A stretch of 64,000 nucleotides of DNA from NCBI GenBank assembly GCA_012295275.1, contig CM022671.1, positions 26,164,001 to 26,228,000 on the forward strand, in the 5' to 3' direction. The position numbers and the translations under genes are program-made. The notes under the pieces were generated by a model. It was not told where the DNA came from. It did not search any database and saw only the letters and a program-made list of their open reading frames with translations. The stretch comes from Chrysomallon squamiferum. Taxonomy: Eukaryota > Animalia > Mollusca. Shown here in pieces: positions 1-12,339 of the stretch (the first letter of the stretch is position 1; the number at the start of each line of letters is the position of its first letter).

Positions 1-3000
1 GACAGAAAATTGTTGGCTGGTATGTAGCATCACCTAACTCACTGATACATTTTCAAAAACGCAGACGAAGGCAGGCTCGTTACAGAACAGCTGTGCCAAC
101 TCCAGTTTTCTCTCCAGTAGTTCCAACCAGGGTTGTACAAAGTCACACTGAGGAAAAGATTATAGTAACATCCATTCAAGATTTGTCTTCTACAAAATAT
201 GCACCCAGCAGGTTCACTGTGACCCCAACTCTGACTGAGACATCAGTTTCTTCAACTTCTGTAATCCACAGTCTTTCACAGTCAGTGACACCAACAAAAA
301 GTACTGAAAAGTCCATCTCAACAACAGAAGTTCCTGATCTGACTCCAGTATACACAGAAAAAACAACACAGGTCAAGACTGTTGAAGGTAATTTTACAAC
401 AGTGAAATCAAAACTAATTGTTAAAGAAAGTAGTTTCACAGAAATAATACAAAGCACAAGTTCTGAAACTAGATCGTATGATAAGTCTCTTCCTTCGGCA
501 ACCATTTCACCATCTTCAACTTCTGAAGTCAAAGTTATCATAGCAACGCAGCCACCAATACCAACTACAGTTTCTCCTGGCTGGACAGTGCCACTGGAGC
601 CCAGTGAAAGTCTTTATCATTCATCATCAACGTCAGTGAGAACAACACCACCAATGAAGACTTCATACTTGACATCTTCATCATCCACATCTCCACTACC
701 TCCTACTACAACATCTAAGACTGTCACAGAGGAAGCTGTAGGTTCAGGTTCAGGACATGGTGATACTCGAGATGATGAAATTGAATCACCAATATCTGGA
801 ATGACATCTGATATTAAGGAACTTGCACACAGATCTATTGTAAAAGAAAGTACCATATTGGCAGTGCCAACTGCAATATCAACGGACTCTTATGGCATTC
901 TTCCTACTCAGACAGTTTTAATTAAAGGTACAGAAATAGTGGATAGCAGAGTGGAAGAGCCTATTACTAAAGATGCTAGTATTCTTTCTGATGTTGTGAC
1001 TAAATCTCATGTCATTCAAACGACTGCATCAGAGCAAACTACAAGACAGCCATCAGAAACAACATTACCTGTTACTTCAGAAGATCAGCTAATGTCACCT
1101 TCTATTGATTCTAGTTCATCTTCAGACATGATTTTCTCAGGCTTTGGAAGTACAGAGGATGCTGGTGATCTAGCTTCTGAAATGGTAAAGAAAATAGCAT
1201 CAGAATTTAAATTCTCTCCAGTGTCTAGCACTCCTGTTATAAACAAATCTCCAGGTGCTGATTTCTTCTTTGAAAGTGAAAGTGATCAGCTACACATGTC
1301 AAGATATCTTGTCGATAGCATGATGTCAAAAGTCATGATTGATTCGAGCAAGCCTGTTGAAGAGGTCATGGAATCTGGTTCAGCTGATACATCTGGATCT
1401 GGCCAGCCTCTGATAGATGACGAAGAAGGAAGTGCTGTTTCAGTTAATGTTTCAGCTGTGCTTATGCCTGGCCTCCAGACTATCTCTCCACATCTTGCTC
1501 AAAACACAACACCACCTCTTACAGGAAGTTCAGATTTGATTTACACTCGCATGTCATCAACGCCTGTTGTGTTCAAGGAAATGGTTCTGCTTTCCACTTC
1601 TGTATCATTATCAAGCCACGACATACAAAATACTTCTGGGGTATTCATTCCACCAGTTCAGATAATTCCAACAACAGTTGTATCAGAAACAGAATCACAA
1701 ACCCTGGTGTCTCAGGAAGTCTTTAAGCCAGAAACAACATCTGGACAGTTTGCTACTCCATCAGGAGATTCAGAAATGGCTTCTGCTTCATCTGGACTGG
1801 ACACTGAAACAACAACAGTGCTGGCACCTGCTGATCCAGGAAGATACACTTCAACAGAACAAACAACTACAAGAACAACAAAGAAACCTAAAACAACAAA
1901 GAGTAAGAAGCACTGGAAAAAGACAACAGTCCCCTACTTAGAGACAGCATCTGGATCCAAAGAGAAGAGTTGGATGACAACTGAAATCAGTGGACAAGCT
2001 ACATTTACTACCAGGCCTGACATGACATGGCCACCTTTCTTTCACAAGACATCAACTGCAGGTACATTTATTCTTTTTTTCAGTTTATGCTGTTAAAGAC
2101 TCTATGAAGGAAAAACGTAATACATAATCTTTTGTTTTCAGGTTCTAGGATTGCATAATTTAATATATTTCTCACAATGTGAATAAGTAATTATTGTTTC
2201 ATAAGTATATCTTTTCAGTGAGCTGTGTTCTATTTATGGTTAATCATATATTGTAAAATTTTATTTCTGTGCATAATGTATTTATTGATAATTCAAAATG
2301 TAAAATGCCTGTATTTAAAGTAAATGTTTTTGAATTATATAAAAAGATGAAAAGTGAAAAAATAAAACAAAATAATTTAATCAGCATTTTGCTCAGAAAG
2401 ACCAGTTATATTTAATCTTACATACATCTGTGTTTTAATAGTTAATAAATATTCTTCATCTTTTTTCTTCTTTTTTTTCTTACTTCATTTTACAGTGGTC
2501 AACAGTGTTCCTTTTTTGGAAAATCCAGTAGACTTTATCTCAGCAAGTCTAGGTAAATACTTTGAATTTCCTGTTCCAAGGGGAGTCTTCTATGACATTG
2601 AGGATGGTGACACTCGGGCACTCAAATTATCAATGACATTACCAAACAAACATGCTCTTCCTCCTGACTTCTGGCTGCAGCTAGATTCAGAGAAACAGGT
2701 AATATCTGGACTGCCCTTGACAGTTGATCTTGATACCAGTCACCATATGATGGTGATCCTTGTCGCAGAAGATTCAGGAGGTCTGAGAGCTAAAGATGAA
2801 ATCAAACTTTATGTAAATCCTTCTTCATTCACACGATTCACTCATAAATTTATCATGACATTTGCTGTCAATTTTGCAGAATTCATGAAGCAAAGAAATA
2901 ACCTTAGTTTTCTTCTGAAGAGACTCAGTTCTTACTTTGGAGATCGTACACCTGAAAACATCTTAGTAATGGACATCGAGGTTGGATCACTTGTTCTTTC

Positions 3001-3706
3001 ATGGAGTAACACCACACTGAATGGAAACATCTGCAACTCAAAAGCAATTGGTCAGATTTATCACAAACTAGTCAGGAAGGATGGCAAAGTTAGAAACTCA
3101 CTTAATCGTCATTTGGGATCAAGCTTTAGACTCAAAGACGTCAAATATGAAGCTCTAGGAATGTGTGCTGAGAGGGTAACTGTACCTCCTGACACAACAG
3201 CCACATCATCAGAAGAAGTGACTACCAATTCAGATACTGCATCATCATCACCATCATCAGGTCTGAGCATATGGGCTCAAGTGGTTCTGCCAGTGATGAT
3301 AGCGCTGTTGCTGCTCCTTCTCATTCTGCTAATCATCCTGCTGATTAATCGTAGAAGAAAGAGAAGACAACAGAAGCAGAAACCAGAGAAACCCATTTTC
3401 ACCAACGACAGACATCCAGTTATATTTCCCGATGAACTTGAAGGTGAAGACACAAGCTTAAAACCCAAGAAACCAATTGTCTTACCCAATGATACAAACA
3501 GAAGCCTTTCTTCGTCTCCAAGAACAACATACTATTTTGAGGATGATTCCCCATCAGATAATGCCAGTAACACAGGGACTGGCAGCAGAACAGGCTCCGG
3601 ACGCAGGAAACCAAAGTCACCACCACCATATTACCAGCCTCATTCTGATCCTCCACCTTACCGACTACCCCCACCATACCTCACCAATAACTCTTCCACT
3701 GTGTAA
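1..3706 (+). CDS. DAG1: Dystroglycan, last two coding exons (<1-2061 and 2496-3706); 5' part lies upstream of the window
   Basis: Frame is open from nt 3: GWYVASPNSLIHFQKRRRRQARYRTAVPTPV (cf. vertebrate GWHIANKKP..KRVRRQIHATPTPV, furin site), then a Ser/Thr mucin tract. Phase-1 intron G|gtacat..tacag|TG. Exon 2 encodes a cadherin-like domain (PFLENPVDFISASLGKYFEFPVPRGVFYDIEDG), SEA cleavage motif VGSLVLSWSNTTL, two Cys, a TM helix, RRRKRR, PVIFPDELE and PPPY motifs. Confidence 0.95.
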
Positions 3707-3886
3707 TAGTCGTGGGGACTTTTTCTGATTCAATTGATACCATGAATATAAAATAATGTCGATCATGCTGGAATTACTGCACTATGTATCCAGTACAAAC
3801 CACACAAAAGTGCCTTCCTATAATAACATTACTGTATATATAAATGTTTGAATGATGATGGTGATTGTGAACTGTGTAAGTTCCTA

Positions 3887-3917
<31 letters not shown>

Positions 3918-5096
3918 GAGAAAAAAAACTATATGTGTGTGAAAACCTGCTAAAAGAATGTGGATCTTATGTTATTAAGAAAAGGTTCTGGTCTAAACCC
4001 AGGATTATTTTAAGGAACTGACAGATGAAACATCATACATCTTTTCATGCTGAACTGAATTTATCCTGCAAGTAAATGAGAGACATAATACAAACAGATA
4101 TAAACTTAAAACTTCAAAATTCTTAATGTGTAACTGAAATTAAATAAATAAGTATAGGATAAAACATAAAGGAGATAAACACAAACCAAAAAAAAAATTA
4201 AAAATCTGAACATGTAAAATCTCATCTGCAGAAATAAGGATTCTGATGTGATTAAAAAAAGAAACTATGGAAAGAAAACAACTTTTTTAACACTGAAATT
4301 TGATATTAGAACATTAATGTACATGTGCAAATTAATGAATGTTTTATACATAACTGTTAAGGTATATATATATTTATCTGTTCAGTGAAATATCCTCTTT
4401 GCATCTTTCCACCATGTTTTGATGTGGAAATGTTTATTATTTCTCCAAACTTCAAATTTATTATTAAAGTTTTAACTACTTATATTTTTTGTGTTTACAA
4501 AGAATGAGAACCATCATCAACTTACTAAGACAAGACAGACTCCATTTTCATTGGTAGCTTTTATATCATCTACCAATGGAAATTAAGTATCTTTTGAGCA
4601 TTAGGCAAAAAAACAAAAATCGTAACATTTTTTTAAAATTACTAATTATTATTTCCATGCATTTGGGGTAAATTAGTACATAAATATTATTAAAATATAG
4701 TTGCAGAGGACAGTTCACTTGAGTAATAAAAGAATATTTTATTTTGATGACCTAATTTCAAGTCAGAAATATAGTGTTTCATTTTTAATGATAGACAGTT
4801 TGAAAGGAAATCCATTGTCCAGGCTGAATTATCTGCATACGATAATAAACATGATACTGAGTACAGGTTTACTGTTTTGTCAATAGGTTTGTTTTATATA
4901 TGATGGCTGTATATTTCTATAACAGCATGGGATATTGTTTATATATGATTTTTAGAATATGGATCTTGTAATATTCTGTTTTCTGGTTTGGTCTCTCAGT
5001 ACAGACACACACATATTTGTAATTTCTATAATGATGTAAATATATAATTTACATGCTACTTTTTATGACTTTCACTAGATGATTGTCACAGTGCAT

Positions 5097-5134
<38 letters not shown>

Positions 5135-5571
5135 ACACTAAGAAATAAAGAAGCTTCACTTTTGGATTTGTAACATAATGAACATACTTTCAGTTTAAGA
5201 CATACACTTTTAATTACAGTTCATTTACATATGTGAAAGAAAAGAAGACCTAATAATATATTCACCCATTTTATTTTTATTTTCTATTTTAGAAAATCAC
5301 AGTGAAGTTACATAATAAATATGAACTCAGAGAGCAGATATAAATTTTTTTTAAATTTAAAAATAAAACAAAATCATTTTTTCCCATTTTATTACATTAT
5401 ATATTATATATATATATTATACATAAGGACTAGCTTTAATAATACATATAATTTAAAAAAAAAAAAAATATTATTTTTTTTATAATGTTGATACACACCT
5501 TATACACTGTTAATATATTTTATTTTCATGTATCACTATTATCAATATTATTATTTTTATAATTATATGCA

Positions 5572-5614
<43 letters not shown>

Positions 5615-6611
5615 TAACTGTTTGTATGCTGTTAATGTGTTATTGTCACATTATTATTTCAACAGTAGTATTATTCCTAATCATGTGCCAAAGTACCAAC
5701 ATTATAATGATAAAACGACATCCAAAATGAATGGTGCTCCCAGCTTCATTGCCGTCCATATTAATTATTGCATTCAGCGTAACCTTTCTTGAGAATGTCC
5801 CATTTATTTTATTTTTTTTGAAAACTAAAATAAAAATACTGTAAAAATTTTAGTCAGTTATTTTAAAAAGTTTATTTTTGTATAATTTTTTTCATGTTGT
5901 ATATATGTTTAAGATAATACTTTTTACAATTTCTATTCAGGATATAATTGTAAAATTAGGATTAAGATTAAGGAATAGATCCAAGGTAAAAAGCAAATAG
6001 TCAGGATTTTAGCTGTTGAAATTTAAAGGTTTGGGATTGTTATTCACATCAACACATATGTGAAGAAACAAAAAAGTTTTTTTTGCATTAGAACCATTTA
6101 ATATTTTCAGTGAATAATGAAAAAAAAAGAAGTAAATTCCGTGATATTAAATTAGATATTATAAAAATTGTTCCCTGAAAGAAAAGTAAGATACTGCAAT
6201 TCTTATGATTTTTATACAGATTTTGAACATAATTTACACAGATATACTTTGTAATCACTTTTAATCTCTATCCAGAAATATTTACTTTGGTAAACATTGT
6301 AGTTTATTGGTAAGCTTTGTATATAAATATGGTATGTAATTATTATTTTAAATGTATTGCATGTGTTTGTTTAAATGTCTGTGTAAAAAATAACCTATTT
6401 AATCACGCCTTTGAGACTATTCTGTGTGTTCTAACATACATGTATGTGTTAATATTGTTTGTGCTTAAGGCCATTTTGCAAACCATGTTTTGATATACAT
6501 TTATGCCATTTTATAATCCAAAGAAGATATACATATAATAGAAAAAAGAAGTATTATTATTATTATTCATTTATACTTTTATGGGTTTTAAAAAAAAAAA
6601 AATCTGTATTA

Positions 6612-6655
<44 letters not shown>

Positions 6656-6989
6656 GTAGTAGTAGTAGTAGTAGTATTCATTTATACTTTTATGGGGTTT
6701 AAAATTATGTTTTTTTCATTCTGGCAAACATTCATATGAAACCTAATATGGTTATGAAAAGGCATAATAATTCTGGGTTCTTATGGCAGCAGTTGCATAA
6801 TGGCTTTTAGCTTGTAATCTATTATTTGTGTTCCTAAACATAATTACTGCACTCAAAGAATCACAGCTAGAAGCAGATTATGTAAAAACAAGTTGAAATT
6901 TCTGTTTAAATTTCTGTGAACATTCTAGCACCAGTGTATGATAATAAATTATAAATATATATATATATATATATATAAATATTTTTTTT

Positions 6990-7203
6990 TATTTTTATTT
7001 TTTTATTTAAACTGTTTATAAGTTCAATTAATGGGATTATCAGCTAAAATCTGTGTATAAATTTGCATAAAAACTCAGGAAAAAACATTGGCTGGCTATA
7101 TCAGTTACTTAATTACCTATCAGTAAAATCAAATACCACTGAGTGATAATAAATTAAATATACATTTATTTAATCAGTATCAATATTAGCAGGACATTTA
7201 ATA

Positions 7204-7248
<45 letters not shown>

Positions 7249-7932
7249 TGGTACGTCGGTTTACGAGTGCACCAACTTACAAGTATTTCAAGTTACGAGC
7301 ATTTGCCTGGTTGATTTTTTGCTTTGAGTTGCTAAAAGCCAGTGCTGAGAAGAAGTGGATATGTCCATTGGATTAAAGCATGAAATCACATACAAAAAAT
7401 GAGATGAAGTCGACTAGGCAAAGCAGTAAAAATGTAGTACTATTCTGAAGCAGGAGTTGATAAAGGCTATAACTCCAGCCAAAGGCGTTAAAATAATCTG
7501 TCTGATCTCTAAGATAAATGCTTTTACAAATCCAGTTTATTTCTTTACATTCTCTTTTATTTTATTTTTATACAATATTTGTCATTTATAAGTATAATGT
7601 CTTATTTAAAAACACAGGACAAAAAAAAATGGGGTGGTTTTGGGGGAATGGAACGGATTAATGGCATTTCAAATAATTTCAGTTGGGAAAACTGATTTGA
7701 TAAACGAGCAAATTGAGTTATGAGCTCAGTCATGGAACAAATTAAACTTGTAAGTCAAGGTACCACTGTATATATATATATATATTTAGTTTTTGTTTTT
7801 ATGAAACTATTTGCAAGTTCAATTAACGAGACCATCAGCAAACATTTGTGTGTATGCTTACATAAAAACTCAGGAAAAAAACATTGGCTGGGTATATCAG
7901 TTACTTAATTACCTATCTGTAGAATCAAATAC
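6990..7932. repeat. Diverged ~140-bp direct repeat (about 7005-7136 and 7800-7932), each copy preceded by (TA)n
   Basis: Both copies contain cataaaaactcaggaaaaaacattggctgg..tatatcagttacttaattacctatc..aatcaaatac. Confidence 0.8.
7246..7768. mobile_element. Non-autonomous pogo/Tigger-like DNA transposon inserted in (TA)n
   Basis: Termini CAGTGGTAC...GTACCACTG in a TA-repeat context. Internal decayed coding resembles a Tigger N-terminus (LKHEI..; STILKQELIKAITPAKGVKII). Confidence 0.75.
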
Positions 7933-8059
7933 TTAAACTTTTTATCTTAACCATTCTTGAAACAAGTTTTTACATCTTTCTGAATTACCATTTGGGTCAG
8001 ATTGTTTATTCTTTTATTTTAATTAGGAAGAAATTCATATATATGTATGTATGTATGTA

Positions 8060-8115
<56 letters not shown>

Positions 8116-8768
8116 CACACATATATGTATATATTCTGACACTACAAACATAGAAAAAATTAACGACAATTAAAATGATGGAAATTAACGAAGGGACAAA
8201 TTTTTATGTAATTTTTCATTAATTTCAGTGCATATTTTTAAAATATTTATAACAGCTTTAAAAAACAACTTATAATTCAAATATTCAATTTCAGTGATGT
8301 GTATAAAAATGTGTCTCTTCAAAAAACAATAAAAAATAAAAATAATGTAATGATGTCATTCTAATGTATATTAATATTGTATGTACTATGGTGGATTTAG
8401 CTAATCAATCTAATTATTATGTCTTCTTAGAATTGTCCTAACAAGCAATTTATCTTAGTATGTATTCATATATTAAGTATTAAATGCTTTCCTACATACA
8501 TACATGGCTCAGTGTTTTATTAATACATTGATACTGCTAAACAGGTATTTCTAACTGTGAAACTGAATATGGGACAGATTACTTTCAGAACTGACATTGG
8601 ACTGACTACCAGTACTAATAATGAATATTAATAAAACTGGATGATTTGGAAATCCTAAAGCGAAAAAACAAAACAGTCACTGAATATTTAATAATATCTC
8701 AACACATTTAATATGAAGTCGTTTACTGTCTTTCATTATGTTGAAATGAAAAAGTATTGCTGCAACAA

Positions 8769-8812
8769 CATAGGCTACTCTTTCTGATTAGCAGCAAGAG
8801 ATCTTTGATTAC
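8769..8812 (+). mobile_element. Short fragment resembling a gastropod SINE body
   Basis: cataggctactctttctgattagcagcaagagatcttt resembles, from memory, a common gastropod SINE consensus. A second fragment (gtggaacaatggctggaacgagaaata) lies at about 47381-47407. Not verified by search. Confidence 0.4.
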
Positions 8813-9144
8813 AACCTGCCATTATAGAAGTGAGACACATAATGAAATGCTAACATTAAATATTTTCTAAGAATTAAGAAATGGAAATTTTTTGATTCTT
8901 GTGACTACACTGTGGTACAGCTGACATTAAAAACAAATTATTTGCTGGGTGGTTGAAAACTAAGATGTATTACATCAACTCCTACTTGTCACAAAAGTCA
9001 CTAAACCTTTTCATTCTTGCAATATACATTATTTCTAAAACTGAATATAAGGATTGGTTTTGTAAATTATTGTCAGTTAAAGCAGTGTATTACAATTTAT
9101 ATCTGGCTAGACTAACTGTTGAAACTGAGAGGATTATTAACATG

Positions 9145-9584
9145 CATGGCCATAACTAGACTTTTTTTTTTTTAAACGAGGCAAAAACACTTAATCGCCA
9201 TGTGGAAAAAAAATTGGGCATGGTACCTGGGGGCCTTAGGCAACCCCTAGAAGCTCTAACTTGAAAGATGCAAAATCTTCGATTCTAGCCATTTCCTGGC
9301 ATTTTTTTTCTTAGTTCAGTAATAGCGATTTTTTATGTTTGCATTTTCTACTTTACCAGGCAAGAGTGAGTATTTCAAAATCCATCTACACAAGAACTGC
9401 ACTAACCTAGCACCAGAAGAATTAAAAGCAGTTAGTAACCGTAGACATTAACAAACTCATTCAATGGATATTATTAATATTGGAACACAGATTTATATTT
9501 TTTATTTTTTAAGTAAAATCTTTGTATATATAAAAAAAAAAATTGTTATTTTGCCCCATTTACCTCAGTGCAGTTACGGCCATG
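9145..9584. mobile_element. MITE-like element (hAT-like termini)
   Basis: Imperfect TIR: left CATGGCCATAACTAGAC, right reverse complement CATGGCCGTAACTGCAC. No clean TSD seen. Confidence 0.55.
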
Positions 9585-12339
9585 ACATTTAACCAGAATT
9601 TTTAATAATTTTTTTACAATTATAGATTAAAACAAGTTATAGTAAACACTTTGCTGTAGCTAACAAAAAAAATAAAAAAAAATAAAAATAGCATTACAAT
9701 AATAATAAAAACCCCCTCCAGAAACTACTATTTTCAAAATAGAATGTAACCATAATTGTTGAAATTTCTGTAGCTAAGAATAATTTTTGACAAATAAATA
9801 AAAAAAATATTATAAAATGAAAAATACTGCCTAAAATGGTTTCATAAGGTAAAGAATAGAATTTTGAAAAACTAAATATTAAAATCACTGAGACTGCATA
9901 CATTAAAAGCATAAATTTGAAACATCCTGCTTTCCATAATTATATAAAAAAAATATTTGGTACTGAAATTTATTTCAGTAGCAAAAAAGACCTGAAAACA
10001 GAACAACATACACACAAATTGGAGATTATTCAGTTTCATGTATCAGAAAAAAAAAGAAAGGAAACAAAAGTAGAGATGCCATATAAACTACATTTAGTCA
10101 GTTATTTGTACCAGTCATTTGATCTGGGATGCTTGGAAAAATTGGTGACCCATATTCCATATTTTCTTTTTCCCTTTAGGTAGATTTTAAATATAAATTA
10201 AACATTGAAATTTAAAGAACAACAGTATTAATAATTGTCTAAAGCCAGTTTTCGGTGAGCTGGATGAATAGTCTGGAACCCGCATCGGTTTTCTTCCCAG
10301 CTGTAAACTGAACGACATAACTGACGTCATATCTAAAATTATTTAAATAAATAAATAAACAAATAAAAATAGGTTAACAAATTAACTATTCTTTATTTTA
10401 TAATCGATCATAGACCTATATGCATCTTCATTTATCACATTTCTTCAAGTAATTTGTTTCAAAATAAGAAATAGAAGACAAAACAATGTTTTTGGTATAT
10501 CTCTTATTTGTGATGACCATGGTCATTTGTTAATGAACTCAATCTTGCTGTTTATTAAAATGTCTCATTGCAAATGTTATAGCCCGAAATTTCATTAGCT
10601 AAAGACAACAACATTATATTTTTTGAGTTTACCCAGTTTTGAAATATTAATGGTAAATATGAATGTTTTAAATGTCTGCTTTGAAAGAGTGCACATAAAA
10701 AAAAAAAAAAAATATTTCTTTGCTACTAAAATGAGCAAACTTTCATTATTCTTTTTTTAAAAACTGAACTGAATTAATGCAGTCATTTCTTTAATCAAAG
10801 ATAACATTACATTTTTTTACTTAAAAATATTAATGATAAATCAAATATAGATCTGTTTTGAAAGATTGCACTAAAGAACAATTTCCTTCTACTAAAAGGA
10901 GAAACACCTTTTTAAAAAAAAAAATCAACTACAAAAAACCCCTCATCCTCCCCAAACAAAAAACCCGAAAAAAAACCAACTTTTTATTATGAATTTCAGA
11001 TGTGTTACTTGTGGAATAAAAATTCTCCCTTCAACATTCCACCATGATAAAACAATTACAGACTGCTGAAAATGATTTTTTATTATGATGTGAAGAATGA
11101 AGTCCATTTTACATGTTACAAATGATGACAATCATTACTTGAAGATCATAAATCCTTAAAGGTTTTGGTCAAAGTGTTCCAGAAACACTGGACATTTCAG
11201 TTTGGACAAGTTTTATTATTGTGATTATGTCAGTATTAAACTTCTTTTATCATAAATATAAAGAGAAAAAAAATAAAGATTTATTTTTACCAAAGCATTA
11301 AAGATTAATTCTCTACTGCATTTGTCAAACTCAAATTTAATCTTTCCAAAAAATCAGTATGAATGTTGTAATTTTCTTTTTTCAAGTTTTGTGCATGAAA
11401 TTTCAAAAGACATAGTTCTATAGTAATCAACCTAGTTAATTGTGAAAAAAGGCTGGTGCTACCATTAAGCCAACAAGAGAGTACACTTCAGAATGGTGCA
11501 CAATGACCTTTAATGGTCAGTTTTCTTATTGAAAATGTTGATTATGTTTATGTGAATTAGTTCAAACCAAAAACTTTTGTTTATCTGCCATTTTTATTCA
11601 CTCATAAAGGAATCATTCTATTTTGCATTGAAAACCACATGTAGTGTCATATGTTTTTATTAATGGATACTGTGCCTTTAATATTGATGTTGGCATCTTA
11701 TGGTACTTATTCTTCCAATTTAAAATAAATTAAGCAGTTTCAAGTTTTGTGCTATTTATTTTCTCTTGGAAAAACATGTTTTCAAAAGTAGAATTTGGCA
11801 ACTTTGAAGAGATGGTGCAAGCAGTTTACTTTACTTGGGTTGCAAAATTGTTGTTGGAAAATAATATTCTGTTCACATGTGGGTGTGAAAATTAAATGCA
11901 CATTAACAACCAATAATAATAACAGTTTTATTTGATTTGAACTCTGTAATCCTGTTTTAATCAACAGACTTAATAATCACTACCTCTATCATCAGTTAGA
12001 GGTAGGTAACAGCAACAAATCAAGCATCCTCTAATTATACATAAATTATCTTCAACAAGTTTTGATTGACACTGTTTGAATAAAAACTTTTTTGTTTCTC
12101 TTTCACAATTTATGAAACTGTTCTTTATTAAAAAACAAAAACAACAACAAAATATTTACCCATGGAATTGGAACAAGAAAGCAAATATGTTTTTGCTTAA
12201 AACATAGATAAAAGGAATAAACATAAACTGATTTATAAATAATAAAAATCAAAAAAAGTTTTAAAATGAAGAATATTTTTCTTTTTTTAAATATTAACTT
12301 ATAAGAAGAAATTATTGTTTTTTTAAATATTAAAATAAT

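Noticed and set aside
176-3728. Short antisense and alternate-frame ORFs over dystroglycan
   Set aside because: Shadows of the real coding exons, with no independent motifs.
4701-11964. 60-90 aa ORFs in the intergenic and UTR region
   Set aside because: Low-complexity AT-rich translations with no domain or splice support.
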